Below, in pieces: positions 59,075-59,153 of a stretch of 59,153 nt of DNA. The DNA is from Candidatus Thorarchaeota archaeon. Its GTDB lineage: Archaea > Asgardarchaeota > Thorarchaeia > Thorarchaeales > Thorarchaeaceae. The stretch covers positions 1 to 59,153 of the forward strand of contig JAGSHN010000009.1 of assembly GCA_029855935.1 (NCBI GenBank), in the 5' to 3' direction. The translations under genes and the position numbers were made by a program. The notes under the pieces were generated by a model. It did no database searches. It was not told where the DNA came from and saw only the letters and a list, made by a program, of their open reading frames with translations. Position 1 is the first letter of the stretch, and the number at the start of each line of letters is the position of its first letter.

Positions 59075-59152
59075 CTAGGCGCCGCGGCGCTTTCTTAGTA
59101 CGAACACCACCACAAGAGCGACTGCCACTGCTGCAGCCCCAGCTGCTACAAG
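59075..59152 (-). CDS. 3' end of a membrane-anchored surface protein (partial, runs off the window)
   Basis: LVAAGAAAVAVALVVVFVLRKRRGA* matches the TM plus basic tail of the other surface proteins. Confidence 0.6.
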   Translation of the reverse strand, partial: LVAAGAAAVAVALVVVFVLRKRRGA

Positions 59153-59153
59153 C

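Overview
Archaeal chromosomal window, most likely Asgard (Thorarchaeia-like). This is inferred from a Sec23/24-like zinc-finger-vWA protein, the style of the histidine kinase, and many N-glycosylation-sequon-rich surface proteins ending in a TM helix plus basic tail; no marker gene is present to confirm it. It is dominated by (i) membrane-anchored surface proteins, including four right-handed beta-helix (NosD/PbH1) paralogs with conserved caps and variable rung number; (ii) five toxin-antitoxin loci, two decayed, plus a reader-NucS-like nuclease and an AAA+ ATPase; (iii) a metal/redox cluster (ferredoxin, CopA-YHS, ICMT-like, NifX-like, ferritin-like); (iv) eukaryote-like folds (Sec23/24-like, WD40, TPR, prenyltransferase-beta repeats); (v) several pseudogenes or frameshifts. 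I found no rRNA, tRNA, CRISPR array, integrase, transposase or reverse transcriptase. No single clear-cut novel operon is provable by eye. The best candidates are the cap-conserved, rung-variable beta-helix receptor family, the Sec23/24-like protein, a tandem pseudo-M48 protease, an ATPase with a possible nuclease-fold tail, an unannotated tandem paralog pair before copA, and a multi-TM pseudo-histidine kinase. All family calls come from motif recognition, not database searches.
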